64,000 nucleotides of DNA from an uncultured Planctomycetaceae bacterium (GCA_963785305.1 CAWAUV010000007.1:1632001-1696000), one strand, 5' to 3'; shown: positions 35,624-47,854, counted from the stretch's first letter. Made by a program: numbers and translations. Notes: generated by a model from the sequence alone, not told the origin.

Positions 35624-36007
35624 TTACGGTCCGACTAAGTAAGATGTGGCAACAATATCCGTAACCCCGGACTGATCATAATAAATTTTTCCTTGGACTA
35701 CACGCGTGACGATACCAGGTTTATCTAATCTCACAAATAGACATGACTTATTCGACTCGCGATCCTTTCCAAACGAACAACTAAATCCATTTTCTTCGAG
35801 AGTCCGCTTAGCGGTTTCAACCGAGCTTCCGATCGAGAAGTTTCGCAACAATTCACGCCTATTTGCGACGTCATCGCCATCGAGCCGGATTGCGGGTATC
35901 GAGCGACTCGACGGCGAAACCGTTCTCGAACTCTTACATCCGCATAGGAAAACCGAAGCACAAGCGACGGTAAGCAAGCAAAGAACGCAATGCACCGAGG
36001 TAATCAT
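35624..36007 (-). CDS. Putative lipoprotein immunity protein (module 3)
   Basis: VFLCGC lipobox; identical to 44131-44514. Confidence 0.7.
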   Translation of the reverse strand: MITSVHCVLCLLTVACASVFLCGCKSSRTVSPSSRSIPAIRLDGDDVANRRELLRNFSIGSSVETAKRTLEENGFSCSFGKDRESNKSCLFVRLDKPGIVTRVVQGKIYYDQSGVTDIVATSYLVGP

Positions 36008-36213
36008 TGCTTAAATAATACCTCTAACAATGTACGAGTGAAACAAATGCCATGTCGTTTGCGGATTTTAAATTATCAGGTCAACGGAATTAAGAACCTA
36101 CCTTGGAACCCATGAAAGCATGCAATTTTGCCGGCGATTTCAGTGCTGGCACCCGGTTGCCGGATAAGCTCTAAAATGGAAAGTTGTAAAACATTCCAAG
36201 GCGAAGGAGTACT

Positions 36214-38230
36214 TCACTTTTTGAAATTATTTATTACGCATTGCGGGATCGGAACCCTATACCCCACAGGTTGTTTTGGACGCCCGGAGTAATAATCGGC
36301 GAGTTGGGAAGCCCTTTACGTTCTACACAGAACTGAAGGAGCCACGCTGCTACCGAATTGCTATTTGCATCGGCTGCAAGTGTGGTGCCCGGTGAAGGGC
36401 TATAAGCAATATTGCATGCGTCGATTGCGCCCAAGACCTTTTGCAAGCAATTACCTAGCATTTCACAGTTTCCCTGGGCGGAAAGCTCCCTACAATTCTC
36501 GTTCTTTATGCCATCTTTGGGCCAATCGATTCCGCCTTCTTCATATGGTGCGATAGTACAGCGTACACGGCCATAGTCGGTCTTTTTAGTCTTCTCATCG
36601 ACCTGAGCATCGTGCTCTGGACCGCCGCGGTAGACGGTTGTCGCGCCGTTACAATTCAACGTCAAATACAAATGCACGGCTATTTTTCCTACCACCGGAT
36701 GGCCAATAGGGTTCGCGCAGAGGCGAACAGTTGTCGTTTCGGTTCCAGTTGGATCTATCCGGTTTTCAGGGTTATTTGAGCCATATCGGTAAAAATTAAG
36801 ATCCCAGCCGTCAAAAGCGAGCGGATCGCGAGCAATCCAACTGCCAAGAAGAGCGTTCAAATACCGTTCCCGCACTTGGTAAAGCCAAGACTCGCTGTCG
36901 CAGCGGTAGCCGCAGTAGAGGGTTTCCCAGGCGTAGCTGCTTCCGCCAGAGCGAATGCTGAAATCCGGATTGAGGAATGTCGGCGAGCCATAAGCTGTGT
37001 AGCTGTAGCGTTCTTGAACGGCGCCGGACGCATTCGTAATTGCGGTAACGTTCCAGTTGGCATCTTGCAGGGCATACAAACGCTCCGTTGAGCGATCGCG
37101 GAGGACCAGATCGTCGATGTAGCGTTGGCCCCAGACGAATTGGCGGTCGGCGGTGGTAGCTCCATTTACTCGTTCTTCGAGGACCTGCCAATCGTTCGAG
37201 TAGTACAAGTCGCGCACGATGCCGGAAATCGTCTTTTGCGTGCGGCGATTGAGACCATCGTAGCTGTAGGTGGCGACGCCTAGCAGTTGCGTCAAGCGGT
37301 TCCAAGCGTCGTAGGTTGCCGCGAACGAACTCGCGGGGGCCGCCGGTTGCGGAATCGTCGTCATGTTCCCGGCGGGGTTGTAAACCGGCTGCGCCATGCG
37401 GCGCCGTAGCGCTGCGTGATGCCCATGATCTCATTCACAGGATTCGACACGCGCTGCTGGTCGAGGTTATTCGCGGAAGTCACGACGTCGGTGTTGACGA
37501 AGTTGGACCAGTTGCCTGTCGCGTCGAGTCCCCATTGCTGGGCGAGGGTCATGTTCGCGATCGACTGATTCCCGCTATTGAGATTGCCGCGACTCATGTC
37601 GGTGAGGCGCTGCATGCCGTCGTATGAATAAAGCTCGTCGTTGCCGGTGGCGACGGTTTGATGGCGCCAGACGCGGTTGCCGGCTTGATCGTAGCCGTAC
37701 TCGATCTGGTCCAGCGTGGCGGTGGGCGTCGTCCAGGGATTGTTGATCACGCGGCCGAACTGGTCGAGGCCGAGATAGGGATTTGCGCCGGAGCCGCCGG
37801 CAAGCGACCAAGTGACGTCGGGCTGGGAGTACGTCAGATCGACGAACGTGGCGAGGCCAAGATACGTATACTCGACCAGTGTCGTGCTGTCGGAGTCGAC
37901 GTAGCTCGTGATGCGGGACAGAGCATCATCGTTGCCGCTAGCGTAGTTATACGTCACGACGCGAGGCGTCGAACCGCTGACGGCGCCGGGATAGGTGATC
38001 GCCGTTAGCCGCGTCGTGTTGGCGCTGCCGTCGGCGAAGGCGTACTGCACGTTGGGAGACGTGGCGGTGTTCACGGCGGCGCCATGCTGTTGGTACTGCG
38101 TGACGAGTTGCTGGAAACCATTATAGACGTTTTGAACCTGATTGACCACCGTGGTCGCGCCGGTGTCGGCATAACTCGTGATCTGGAAGACGAGGCCGCG
38201 GATTTCGTAAGCCGTGCTGATTCGCCGCAC
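36214..38230 (-). pseudogene. Orphan Rhs module 3; tip same as module 1
   Basis: Frameshifts near 37392 and 36280; DPTG then HLYL...NSNS tip. Confidence 0.85.
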
Positions 38231-38340
38231 CCGCGTGGCGGGGCTGCCGGCGCTCGGACAGCTGAACGTCAGCAAAGACTGCCCGCCGGGTCGAAAAACC
38301 GCCGCCAGCGAAATCAATGAGTCCTGACCGTTTCGAATTC
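38231..38340 (-). repeat. Cassette leader (110 bp), variant GAATTCGAAACGGTCAGG
   Basis: Direct sequence comparison with the other leaders. Confidence 0.95.
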
Positions 38341-38446
38341 TCCCAAATAAACGCCGCGTCGCCACACCTCATTCCCTCCGACGAGGTTTTCAGGAAGGAC
38401 ACGCGATTTTACATTAATGCGTAAAACCCATATTTCGGAGAACCTA

Positions 38447-39271
38447 TTAACGATGAATTTCCAAACCTGCCTTCAACTTCTTGAGGCTCCTTAGCCTTTC
38501 ATCGCTAACCGAGCTTTCATCGACAAACACGCGCTTGAGGCGAGGCAGCCGACAAAGAATAAGCAGTCCCGAATCGGTGATTCGTGTACTCCTAAGATCA
38601 AGAACTTCAAGGTTGGCAAGCTCCACAAGAGTCGAAAGCCCGGCATCGGTCACCAACGTTTTTTCAATATCCAGGCGAGCCAGGCGCGGCAACGCGTGAA
38701 GAGCGTGCAATCCAATATCGGTGATTCGAGTGCCTGTAAGATCGAGAGATTCGATCTCAGATAGACATGCGATATCTAAGAGCCCGGCATCCGAAATCGA
38801 CGTGCCCGCCAAGTCTAGTATGCATAAATTCCTTAAAGCTCGTAAATGTTTAAGGCCAGAATCAGTAATTTTGGTGCCGTTTAGGAGAAGCAACTCGAGG
38901 CGCTCAAGCGATTTAAGGTGTACTAAGCCAGCGTCTGTAACTTGCATGTCGCTAAGAATCAGACTCCGTAATTCAGGAAGTTTTTCCAACTCCGCAAATG
39001 CTACATCGTTGAAGTTCGAAGTCGCCCAAAACTCAACGACATTCTTAGGCGAATTCTCTCCGGAAATCGCTCTAAGACGTTCAATAAACGTCATTTCCGA
39101 AGAATCAACTACCAGGTCAACGTCAATGCTGTACGTGCACCCTATTTTATTAAGATTAGCAAGCGCATTTCGTTGTCGATGCATTAACTCCGTTACCCAA
39201 GCGAAAGAAATGCAAAGCGCCGAAAGCAATAATAAAAGCAGTTTTAATCCAAAGCGGGGCATCGTTAACAC
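38447..39271 (-). CDS. Membrane-anchored LRR protein (immunity slot, module 2)
   Basis: MPRFGLK + TM segment; LxxLxLxGTxITDxGL repeats; overlaps the toxin stop. Confidence 0.9.
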   Translation of the reverse strand: MLTMPRFGLKLLLLLLSALCISFAWVTELMHRQRNALANLNKIGCTYSIDVDLVVDSSEMTFIERLRAISGENSPKNVVEFWATSNFNDVAFAELEKLPELRSLILSDMQVTDAGLVHLKSLERLELLLLNGTKITDSGLKHLRALRNLCILDLAGTSISDAGLLDIACLSEIESLDLTGTRITDIGLHALHALPRLARLDIEKTLVTDAGLSTLVELANLEVLDLRSTRITDSGLLILCRLPRLKRVFVDESSVSDERLRSLKKLKAGLEIHR

Positions 39272-42200
39272 ATGATAATGTTAGGAAAATCACCATTGTC
39301 CCGGCGTTTTGTATCGCAAAGGGGCTCGAATTTCTTGCCTGCTTTCATTACCGCGCCCTTAAAGTCCGGAGTACATGTTATCTTGATATATACGTACTTG
39401 CAGGCCTTTGATTTGCATATGTTTTCCGCCGCTTCCGCCGCGGTTTTGTACGCGTTTGCAAGTGCCTCGGCACCCTTATCTTTCGGCAGCGGGTCGTTGT
39501 TCGGCGGATTAATCGGAAGAGCATGTTCTTTTCCCCATAAGCCCTCGCATTTGCGTTGAATGTCTTTCGGAAAGCATCCGACCCCACCAATATATGCGGG
39601 CGGATTCAACCTGCAACTCTCATAAAGTTTGTCTAATAGTTTGTCTATCTCGTCGACCGGATCGTTCGGAAAAAAATGTCCGGCGACAAGCCTGATTTCG
39701 CATGGTCCAGTTGATGGGTCTGCGAGTCCAACAGGATCAATGCTGCCAAGGGCCTGATTTCGTACATAACGGTAAATATTTGCCGGATCGCCCTCGAATC
39801 CGATTGGATCCCGCGTGATCCAAAGTCCCAGCAGCGAATTCAAATACCTGTTCCGGACCTGGTACAGCCACGAATCGCTGTCCCAGCGGTAGCCGCAGTA
39901 GAGAGTTTCCCAGGCGTAGGCGGAGCCGCTGGTTCGGATGCTGAAATCGGGGTTCAGGAATGTCGGCAGACCATAAGCCGTGTAGCTGTAGCGTTCCTGC
40001 ACCATGCCCGATGTATTGACGATCGCCGTGACGTTCCAATTCGCGTCTTGCAGGGCGTAGAGGCGTTCGGTCGAGCGGTCCCGAAGGACCAGATCGTCGA
40101 TGTAGCGTTGGCCCCAGACGAATTGGCGGTCGGCGGTCGTGGCGCCGCCGACGCGTTCTTCGTGGACTTGCCAATCGTTCGAGTAGTACAAGTCGCGAAG
40201 AACGCCCGAAACGGTTTTGGTCGTGCGGCGGTTGAGGCCGTCGTAGCTGTAAGTGGCGACGCCAATCAGTTGTGTCAAGCGGTTCCAAGCGTCGTAGACG
40301 GCGGTGAACGCCGACGAAGGGGATGCGGGCTGCGGGATTGCGGTCATGGCGCCGGTCGGACTGTAACTCGGCTGCGCCATGCGGCGCCGTAGCGCTGGGC
40401 AATGCCCATGATCTCGTTGACCGGATTATTCGACCGTTGTTGGTCGAGATTGTTCGTCGGCGTCAGAACATCGGTATTGACGAAATTGGACCAGTTGCCC
40501 GTGGCGTCCAAGCCCCATTTTTGCGCCAAGGTCATGTTGGCGATGGATTGATCAACATTCGCCAAGTCACCGCGGCTCATGTCGACGAGACGGTTCACTC
40601 CATCGTACGAATACAGCTCGTCCTGCCCGGCCGTGACGGTTTCTTGCCGCCAGAGGCGGTTGCTCGCCTGATCGTAACCGTACTGGAGCGTCGTGAGGTT
40701 CGCGCTGGGCGTGGTCCACGGGTTATTGATGACGCGGCCGAACTGGTCGAGGCCGATATACGGGTTCGGCGCACTGCCGCCGCCGAGCGACCAAGTGACG
40801 TCGGGCTGCGGATAGGTCAGATCGACGAACGTACTCACGCCGAGATAGGTATAGGCGACAAGAGTCGTGCTGTCGGAATCGACCAAACTGGTCACGCGGC
40901 TGAGTGCGTCGTCGGCGCCGTCGGCGTAGTTTTGCGAGACCGTTCGCGGCGTCGAGCCGCTGAGCGCACCGGGATAGGTGGTCGCGGTCAAGCGGATCGT
41001 GTTTTCGCTGCCGTCGGCATAAGTGTATCCAACCTGCGGACTTGTCGCCGTGTTCACCGCGGCGCCGTGTTGTTGATATTGGTTCGTGAGTTGCCGGAAG
41101 CCGTTGTAGGCGTTCTGGATTTGATTGACGATCGTGCTTCCGCCGGTATCCGCGTAGCTGGTGATTTGATTGACCAGGCCGCGGATTTCGTAGTTCGTGC
41201 TGATCCGCCGCACGCTGCCGTCGACGCCCGCGCCAGTGTCACAACAATGTCGTCGGTCGATCGACCCAGCAGGTCGAACAGATACTGATGCACCGTGCCG
41301 TTTTGATCGGTCTTGCCGACAACCTCGCCCTGGCGATTGCAGGTCTGCGTGACCTGATCGGAGCCGGCGACGCTATCGGGATAGATCGTGGCGCTCAAAA
41401 GATCGTTGCTGGCGATCGCGGAATCGGCCAACGTCGTTCCGAAGACGAACGTCGTGGTCTGGTCGCCCGTCGTTGGATTCACCGCCGTCAAGGCGATCAT
41501 GTTGCCGTCGGCGTTGTAGGCGAACTGGACCGTGACGTCGGTTGCGTTGCCGGGGCAGCCGCCGGTGTAGTTGCTGATTGTGCTAAGCGATTTGCCGAGC
41601 GCGTTGAATGTTTGGAGCGCGACGATGCCGGCCGGATCGGTTGTTTGGTTCAAATTGCCGGCGCTATCGTAGCCGAATGTCGTGACCAGCACGCTCGCGC
41701 TGCTGGCTGGCGGCGTGGCCGGCGCGGTGAACGCTTCGTTATTGTTCGTGCCGTAATTGGCGGCGGCGATCTGTCGACCAATACCGTCGGGCCAGTTCGC
41801 CACGTAGCTCACGCGGGCCAGCGGCTGCGTTCCACTATACGGCGGGTTCAAGACGCCGTTCCCCGTCGTGCTATCGAATCGTTGGTACGAATCGACCTCG
41901 ACGACGTTATTCGCGTCGTCATAGCTGGTCAGCGTCTGCTCGAATATCTTGTTGTCGGCCGTGATCTGGCCCACGTCGCTGTACGGCTCGGTCTCCGAAC
42001 CGGTGTAGTAGCCGACGTAGATCGCAGTTTTTCGGGCCTGGCTATCGTAAATCGTCTTGGTGAATTTTTGCGAACCGGCCGGCAGTGTCTTGATGATGTT
42101 GTCGGCCGCGTCGCGCCAGGTGTTGTCGACCAGCGAGTTGCCGAGCGCGCCGTGCTCGGGTTCACCGAGTAAACTTGCGTTTGATAGACGCGGCTGCGGT

Positions 42201-44012
42201 CGTCCCAGAATGTCAATGTACGGGCCAAGAGTTGCCCGTTCTCAGTCGTGTTGCGGCGGTCTTTTTGGATCACCCGATCGAGATTGTCGTAGGTGACGCT
42301 CAGATTGAATTCCAGCTCGCCGTCGATGGCGACTTGCCGGTCGCGCCAATCGAAGACGAAGCTGGTGACGCGATCGTTCAGCCCGGTGGCATCGACGTAA
42401 TCCGTCGTCTCGGTCAAGTTGCCGTCGCCCCCCGACGCCCCGCCGTCGTACACGTTGCCGGTGACTTGGACCATGTTGTTGCCTTTGGCGCCGCCGCCCG
42501 TCGGGTCGCCGGCGCTCGCCCCGGCGGCGTTCGTGCCGACGAAGACTCCGGTGACCTTCCCGCGCGGATCGAAAACTTTCGCGGTGATCGTGCCGCCGGG
42601 AGTGGTCGTCATGTCCGCGCGGTCCATGATGTCGTAACCGTAATCGGTCTCGTCGTAATTCACCCCGCTGGCGCCGAGGCCGAACGCCGGAATGCAATGA
42701 TACGCCCGGCTGGCGGTCCGCTGCCCGGCGTCATTATACACGTTAGCCGACCACGCCACCCAGCTCGACTGCGGATAACAATCCGACGGCGACAAGGCGC
42801 CTTCGGTCGTGGCCCGAGCCGCCTGAATCGTGTCGGTCGTTCTCCCGGCATAGTCGAACGACGCGAGCGTCACCGGATTGACCAGCGTCGAGCGGTAATA
42901 ACTCGAGCTGCCGGTGACATAACCCTGGGCGGTCCAGGTTTGATGCAGCACGTCGTGATACACCGTCCAGCTTGCCGTGCGGGCATCGACGCCGTTGACC
43001 GGATGCCTCGGCCCAAGCTGCTGCGTCACGCGGCCCAGGTCGTCGTAAGTATAGTCGGTTTCTAGGCTTAGCCTTGTTCCGGCCGGCGGGCTCGGCCAGC
43101 CGTATCCCGTCGGCGGATCGACGTCTTTCAATTGCGTGGTCACGACGCCGAGCGTGACATCATAGGTAAAGCTGTCGACGTAGTTTCGCGGGCCTTGCTC
43201 CCAAGTCAGGTTGCCATACTCATCGAACAGCATCCGCTGCACGCCGGCGGCGCCGGAGCCGTTTTGATCGGTCGAGATCACCGGCAGCGTGGTGGTTTTT
43301 TGCTCGATTTGCAGCGTGCCGGCGTACCAGGTGTAGGCGTAACTGGTGACGATCGGGTCGCTGCCGCCGTTGGCGTCGCTGGAATACACCGTGCTGGCGG
43401 CGATGGGGTAGATCGTGGCCAGCGACGCCGAAGGGTCGTCGTCGGTCGTGTTCCGCTGGTAATAGGTGGTCTCGCTGAGCAGGATCGGCAGGTTGTTGAG
43501 CCCCTGTTGCACCGACGTGCTTTCCAGGTAGCCCGCGGCGCCGCCGGGCGTGGTCGGCGTGGCGGTGGTCGACGGGTAGTAGCTCGACAGTTTGACAAGG
43601 CCGCTGGTGGGATTGACGATCGTCGTCGGCCCGCCCAGATCCGGCTGGCTGTCGTCGTAGCCTTGCACTGCGGAGGGCTGGGCCTCGAGAATCACCTGGG
43701 CCAACACTTCGTCATACTGCCGGTACGTGGCCCAGCTATCCGCGCCGCTGACCAGCGAGGTGAGCAGCGACTGGCCGATGTGGTTCGTATAAACAATGTT
43801 CTGGCTGCCATCGGGCCGCGTCTCGACCGTCTTGGTCTGCCAGTAGTTGTAATCCTGCGAATTGCCGCTCGACGTGTAGGCGAAAGTAAACGTCCGCGTG
43901 CCCGCCTCGACGGTTTCGAGCGTCACCCGCTGCTGGTTGTCGTACTCGAAATAATAATCGGCGAACTGGGCGACCTGCTCGTCCGGCGCCTAAAGCGGAT
44001 TCGCATTCGCCA
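39265..44012 (-). pseudogene. Orphan Rhs module 2 (long core fragment) with unknown Cys-rich tip
   Basis: Four overlapping ORFs joined by frameshifts near 42150, 41232 and 40375; DPVG then tip. Confidence 0.85.
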
Positions 44013-44028
44013 ACGACAACCGGCGAAA

Positions 44029-44093
44029 CGACTCGCATATTCGCAACTCTCATCAGGCGTAGCGCCAGCGCATCCAGGCACCTGGTTCAATTT
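44029..44093 (-). mobile_element. Degenerate group II intron 5'-end remnant (duplicate of 35522-35586)
   Basis: Same sequence as 35522-35586. Confidence 0.7.
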
Positions 44094-44130
44094 CCGGTTC
44101 GTGCTACCTTTTCCTCTGCCGATCCGTAAT

Positions 44131-44514
44131 TTACGGTCCGACTAAGTAAGATGTGGCAACAATATCCGTAACCCCGGACTGATCATAATAAATTTTTCCT
44201 TGGACTACACGCGTGACGATACCAGGTTTATCTAATCTCACAAATAGACATGACTTATTCGACTCGCGATCCTTTCCAAACGAACAACTAAATCCATTTT
44301 CTTCGAGAGTCCGCTTAGCGGTTTCAACCGAGCTTCCGATCGAGAAGTTTCGCAACAATTCACGCCTATTTGCGACGTCATCGCCATCGAGCCGGATTGC
44401 GGGTATCGAGCGACTCGACGGCGAAACCGTTCTCGAACTCTTACATCCGCATAGGAAAACCGAAGCACAAGCGACGGTAAGCAAGCAAAGAACGCAATGC
44501 ACCGAGGTAATCAT
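44131..44514 (-). CDS. Putative lipoprotein immunity protein (module 1)
   Basis: VFLCGC lipobox; low GC; downstream of toxin tip. Confidence 0.7.
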   Translation of the reverse strand: MITSVHCVLCLLTVACASVFLCGCKSSRTVSPSSRSIPAIRLDGDDVANRRELLRNFSIGSSVETAKRTLEENGFSCSFGKDRESNKSCLFVRLDKPGIVTRVVQGKIYYDQSGVTDIVATSYLVGP

Positions 44515-44720
44515 TGCTTAAATAATACCTCTAACAATGTACGAGTGAAACAAATGCCATGTCGTTTGCGGATTTTAAATTATCAGGTCAACGGAATTAA
44601 GAACCTACCTTGGAACCCATGAAAGCATGCAATTTTGCCGGCGATTTCAGTGCTGGCACCCGGTTGCCGGATAAGCTCTAAAATGGAAAGTTGTAAAACA
44701 TTCCAAGGCGAAGGAGTACT

Positions 44721-47700
44721 TCACTTTTTGAAATTATTTATTACGCATTGCGGGATCGGAACCCTATACCCCACAGGTTGTTTTGGAGCGCCCGGAGTAA
44801 TAATCGGCGAGTTGGGAAGCCCTTTACGTTCTACACAGAACTGAAGGAGCCACGCTGCTACCGAATTGCTATTTGCATCGGCTGCAAGTGTGGTGCCCGG
44901 TGAAGGGCTATAAGCAATATTGCATGCGTCGATTGCGCCCAAGACCTTTTGCAAGCAATTACCTAGCATTTCACAGTTTCCCTGGGCGGAAAGCTCCCTA
45001 CAATTCTCGTTCTTTATGCCATCTTTGGGCCAATCGATTCCGCCTTCTTCATATGGTGCGATAGTACAGCGTACACGGCCATAGTCGGTCTTTTTAGTCT
45101 TCTCATCGACCTGAGCATCGTGCTCTGGACCGCCGCGGTAGACGGTTGTCGCGCCGTTACAATTCAACGTCAAATACAAATGCACGGCTATTTTTCCTAC
45201 CACCGGATGGCCAATAGGGTTCGCGCAGAGGCGAACAGTTGTCGTTTCGGTTCCAGTTGGATCTATCCGGTTTTCAGGGTTATTTGAGCCATATCGGTAA
45301 AAATTAAGATCCCAGCCGTCAAAAGCGAGCGGATCGCGAGCAATCCAACTGCCAAGAAGAGCGTTCAAATACCGTTCCCGCACTTGGTAAAGCCAAGACT
45401 CGCTGTCGCAGCGGTAGCCGCAGTAGAGGGTTTCCCAGGCGTAGCTGCTTCCGCCAGAGCGAATGCTGAAATCCGGATTGAGGAATGTCGGCGAGCCATA
45501 AGCTGTGTAGCTGTAGCGTTCTTGAACGGCGCCGGACGCATTCGTAATTGCGGTAACGTTCCAGTTGGCATCTTGCAGGGCATACAAACGCTCCGTTGAG
45601 CGATCGCGGAGGACCAGATCGTCGATGTAGCGTTGGCCCCAGACGAATTGGCGGTCGGCGGTGGTAGCTCCATTTACTCGTTCTTCGAGGACCTGCCAAT
45701 CGTTCGAGTAGTACAAGTCGCGCACGATGCCGGAAATCGTCTTTTGCGTGCGGCGATTGAGACCATCGTAGCTGTAGGTGGCGACGCCTAGCAGTTGCGT
45801 CAAGCGGTTCCAAGCGTCGTAGGTTGCCGCGAACGAACTCGCGGGGGCCGCCGGTTGCGGAATCGTCGTCATGTTCCCGGCGGGGTTGTAAACCGGCTGC
45901 GCCCATGCGGCGCCGTAGCGCTGCGTGATGCCCATGATCTCATTCACAGGATTCGACACGCGCTGCTGGTCGAGGTTATTCGCGGAAGTCACGACGTCGG
46001 TGTTGACGAAGTTGGACCAGTTGCCTGTCGCGTCGAGTCCCCATTGCTGGGCGAGGGTCATGTTCGCGATCGACTGATTCCCGCTATTGAGATTGCCGCG
46101 ACTCATGTCGGTGAGGCGCTGCATGCCGTCGTATGAATAAAGCTCGTCGTTGCCGGTGGCGACGGTTTGATGGCGCCAGACGCGGTTGCCGGCTTGATCG
46201 TAGCCGTACTCGATCTGGTCCAGCGTGGCGGTGGGCGTCGTCCAGGGATTGTTGATCACGCGGCCGAACTGGTCGAGGCCGAGATAGGGATTTGCGCCGG
46301 AGCCGCCGGCAAGCGACCAAGTGACGTCGGGCTGGGAGTACGTCAGATCGACGAACGTGGCGAGGCCAAGATACGTATACTCGACGAGCGTGGTGCTGTC
46401 GGAGTCGACGTAGTTGGTGACGCGCGACAAGGCGTCGTCGTTGCCGCTCGCATAGTTGTACGTCACGACGCGGGGCGTGGAGCCGCTGACGGCGCCGGGG
46501 TAGGTGATCGCCGTCAGGCGCGTCGTGTTGGCGCTGCCGTCGGCGAAAGCGTATTGGACGTTGGGCGACGTGGCGGTGTTCACGGCGGCGCCATGCTGTT
46601 GGTACTGCGTGACGAGTTGCTGGAAACCATTATAGACGTTTTGAACCTGATTGACCACCGTGGTCGCGCCGGTGTCGGCGTAGCTCGTGATTTGGAAGAC
46701 GAGGCCGCGGATCTCGTAAGCGGTGCTGATTCGCTGCACGCTGGAATCCACCCCGGCGCCGAGCGTCACGATAATGTCGTCCGTCGGACGGCCGAGCAGA
46801 TCGAACAGGTATTCGTGGACCGTGCCGTTTTGATCGGTCTTGCCGGTGATTTGGCCTTGGCGATTGTAGATTTGCGTGACTTGGTCGGAGCCACTCGCGC
46901 TGTCGGGATAGATCGTGGCGCTAAGCAACTCGTTGCTGGCGATCGATGAAGCGGCGAGCGTCGTGCCGTACACGAACTGCGTCGTTTGATTGCCGGTCGT
47001 GGGATTGACGGCCGTCAAGGCGATCATGTTGCCGTCGGCGTTGTAGGCGAATAGCACGGTCACGTCGGTTAAATTGCCGGGGCAGCCGCCGGTGTAGTTG
47101 CTCACCGTGCTGAGCGGTTTGTGCAAGGCGTTGAACGTTTGCAATGTCACGATGCCGGCCGCGTCGGTGGTTTGATTGAGGTTGCCGGCGCTGTCGAAGG
47201 CGAAGCTCGAAACCAGCACCGTGGGCGAGGAAGCCGGCGGCGTGGCGGGGGCGGTGAAGGGCGCGTTGTTATTGGTCCCGTAATTGGCAGAAGCGATCAT
47301 GCGGCCGACGCCGTCGGGCCAGTTCGCGACGTAAGTCACCCGCGCCAAGGGCTGCACGCCGCTGTAAGGCGGATTCAAGACACCGGCGCCGGTGGCGCTG
47401 TCGAACCGCTGATACGAATCGGTTTCGACGGCGTTGTTGGCGTCGTCGTACGTGGTGATTGTCTGCTCGAAGATGAGGTTCTGGCTAGTGACCTGCCCGA
47501 CGTCGCTGTAGGGCTCGGCGCCAGAGCCGGTGTAATAACCTTGATATGACGCGGTGACACGGGCCTGGCTATCATACACCGTCTTGGTGAACGTTTGCGC
47601 CCGGCCGGCAGCGTCTTGATGATGTTTTCGGCCAAGTCGCGCCAAGTGTTGTCGACGAGCGAATTGCCCAAGGCGCCGGTGTTCGGGTTCACCGAATAGA

Positions 47701-47834
47701 CTTGCGTTTGATAAACGCGGCTGCGGTCGTCCCAGTAGGTCAGCGTTCGCGCGAGAAGCTGGCCGTTCTCAGTCGTGTTGCGGCGGTCTTTTTGGATCAC
47801 CCGATCGAGATTGTCGTAGGTGACGCTCAGATTG
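44721..47834 (-). pseudogene. Rhs module 1, 5'-truncated at the right terminal repeat
   Basis: Rhs homology (NLSVTYDNLDRV) stops at 47834, next to the repeat; frameshift near 47600; HLYL...NSNS tip. Confidence 0.85.
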
Positions 47835-47837
47835 GTC

Positions 47838-47854
47838 AATTCTAAGGGGTCAGG
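47838..47854 (+). repeat. GGGGTCAGG repeat, right terminal copy (5' half; 3' half ACTCATTGATT at 49791-49801), split by intron 2
   Basis: AATTCTAAGGGGTCAGG|intron|ACTCATTGATT; inverted relative to all other copies. Confidence 0.9.

Larger units (their letters stand above)
31898..37876. repeat. ~6 kb near-identical duplication of ~40407-46385
   Basis: Identical ORFs at an offset of ~8507-8509 (e.g. 35624-36007 = 44131-44514); both ends fall inside Rhs cores. Confidence 0.92.

Noticed and set aside
17677..38340. Leaders as integron attC sites
   Set aside because: No RYYYAAC/GTTRRRY boxes, no long palindrome and no integron integrase in the window.
11780..40385. Programmed frameshift or phase switch at GAAW/AQP in six modules
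   Set aside because: The same GCGC-adjacent indel pattern occurs in sufS and the intron, so an artefact is more parsimonious pending reads.
5388..47549. Many long plus-strand ORFs opposite the Rhs cores (e.g. 12462-14303, 32780-34558)
   Set aside because: Antisense shadows of GC-rich coding sequence with no recognisable motifs.
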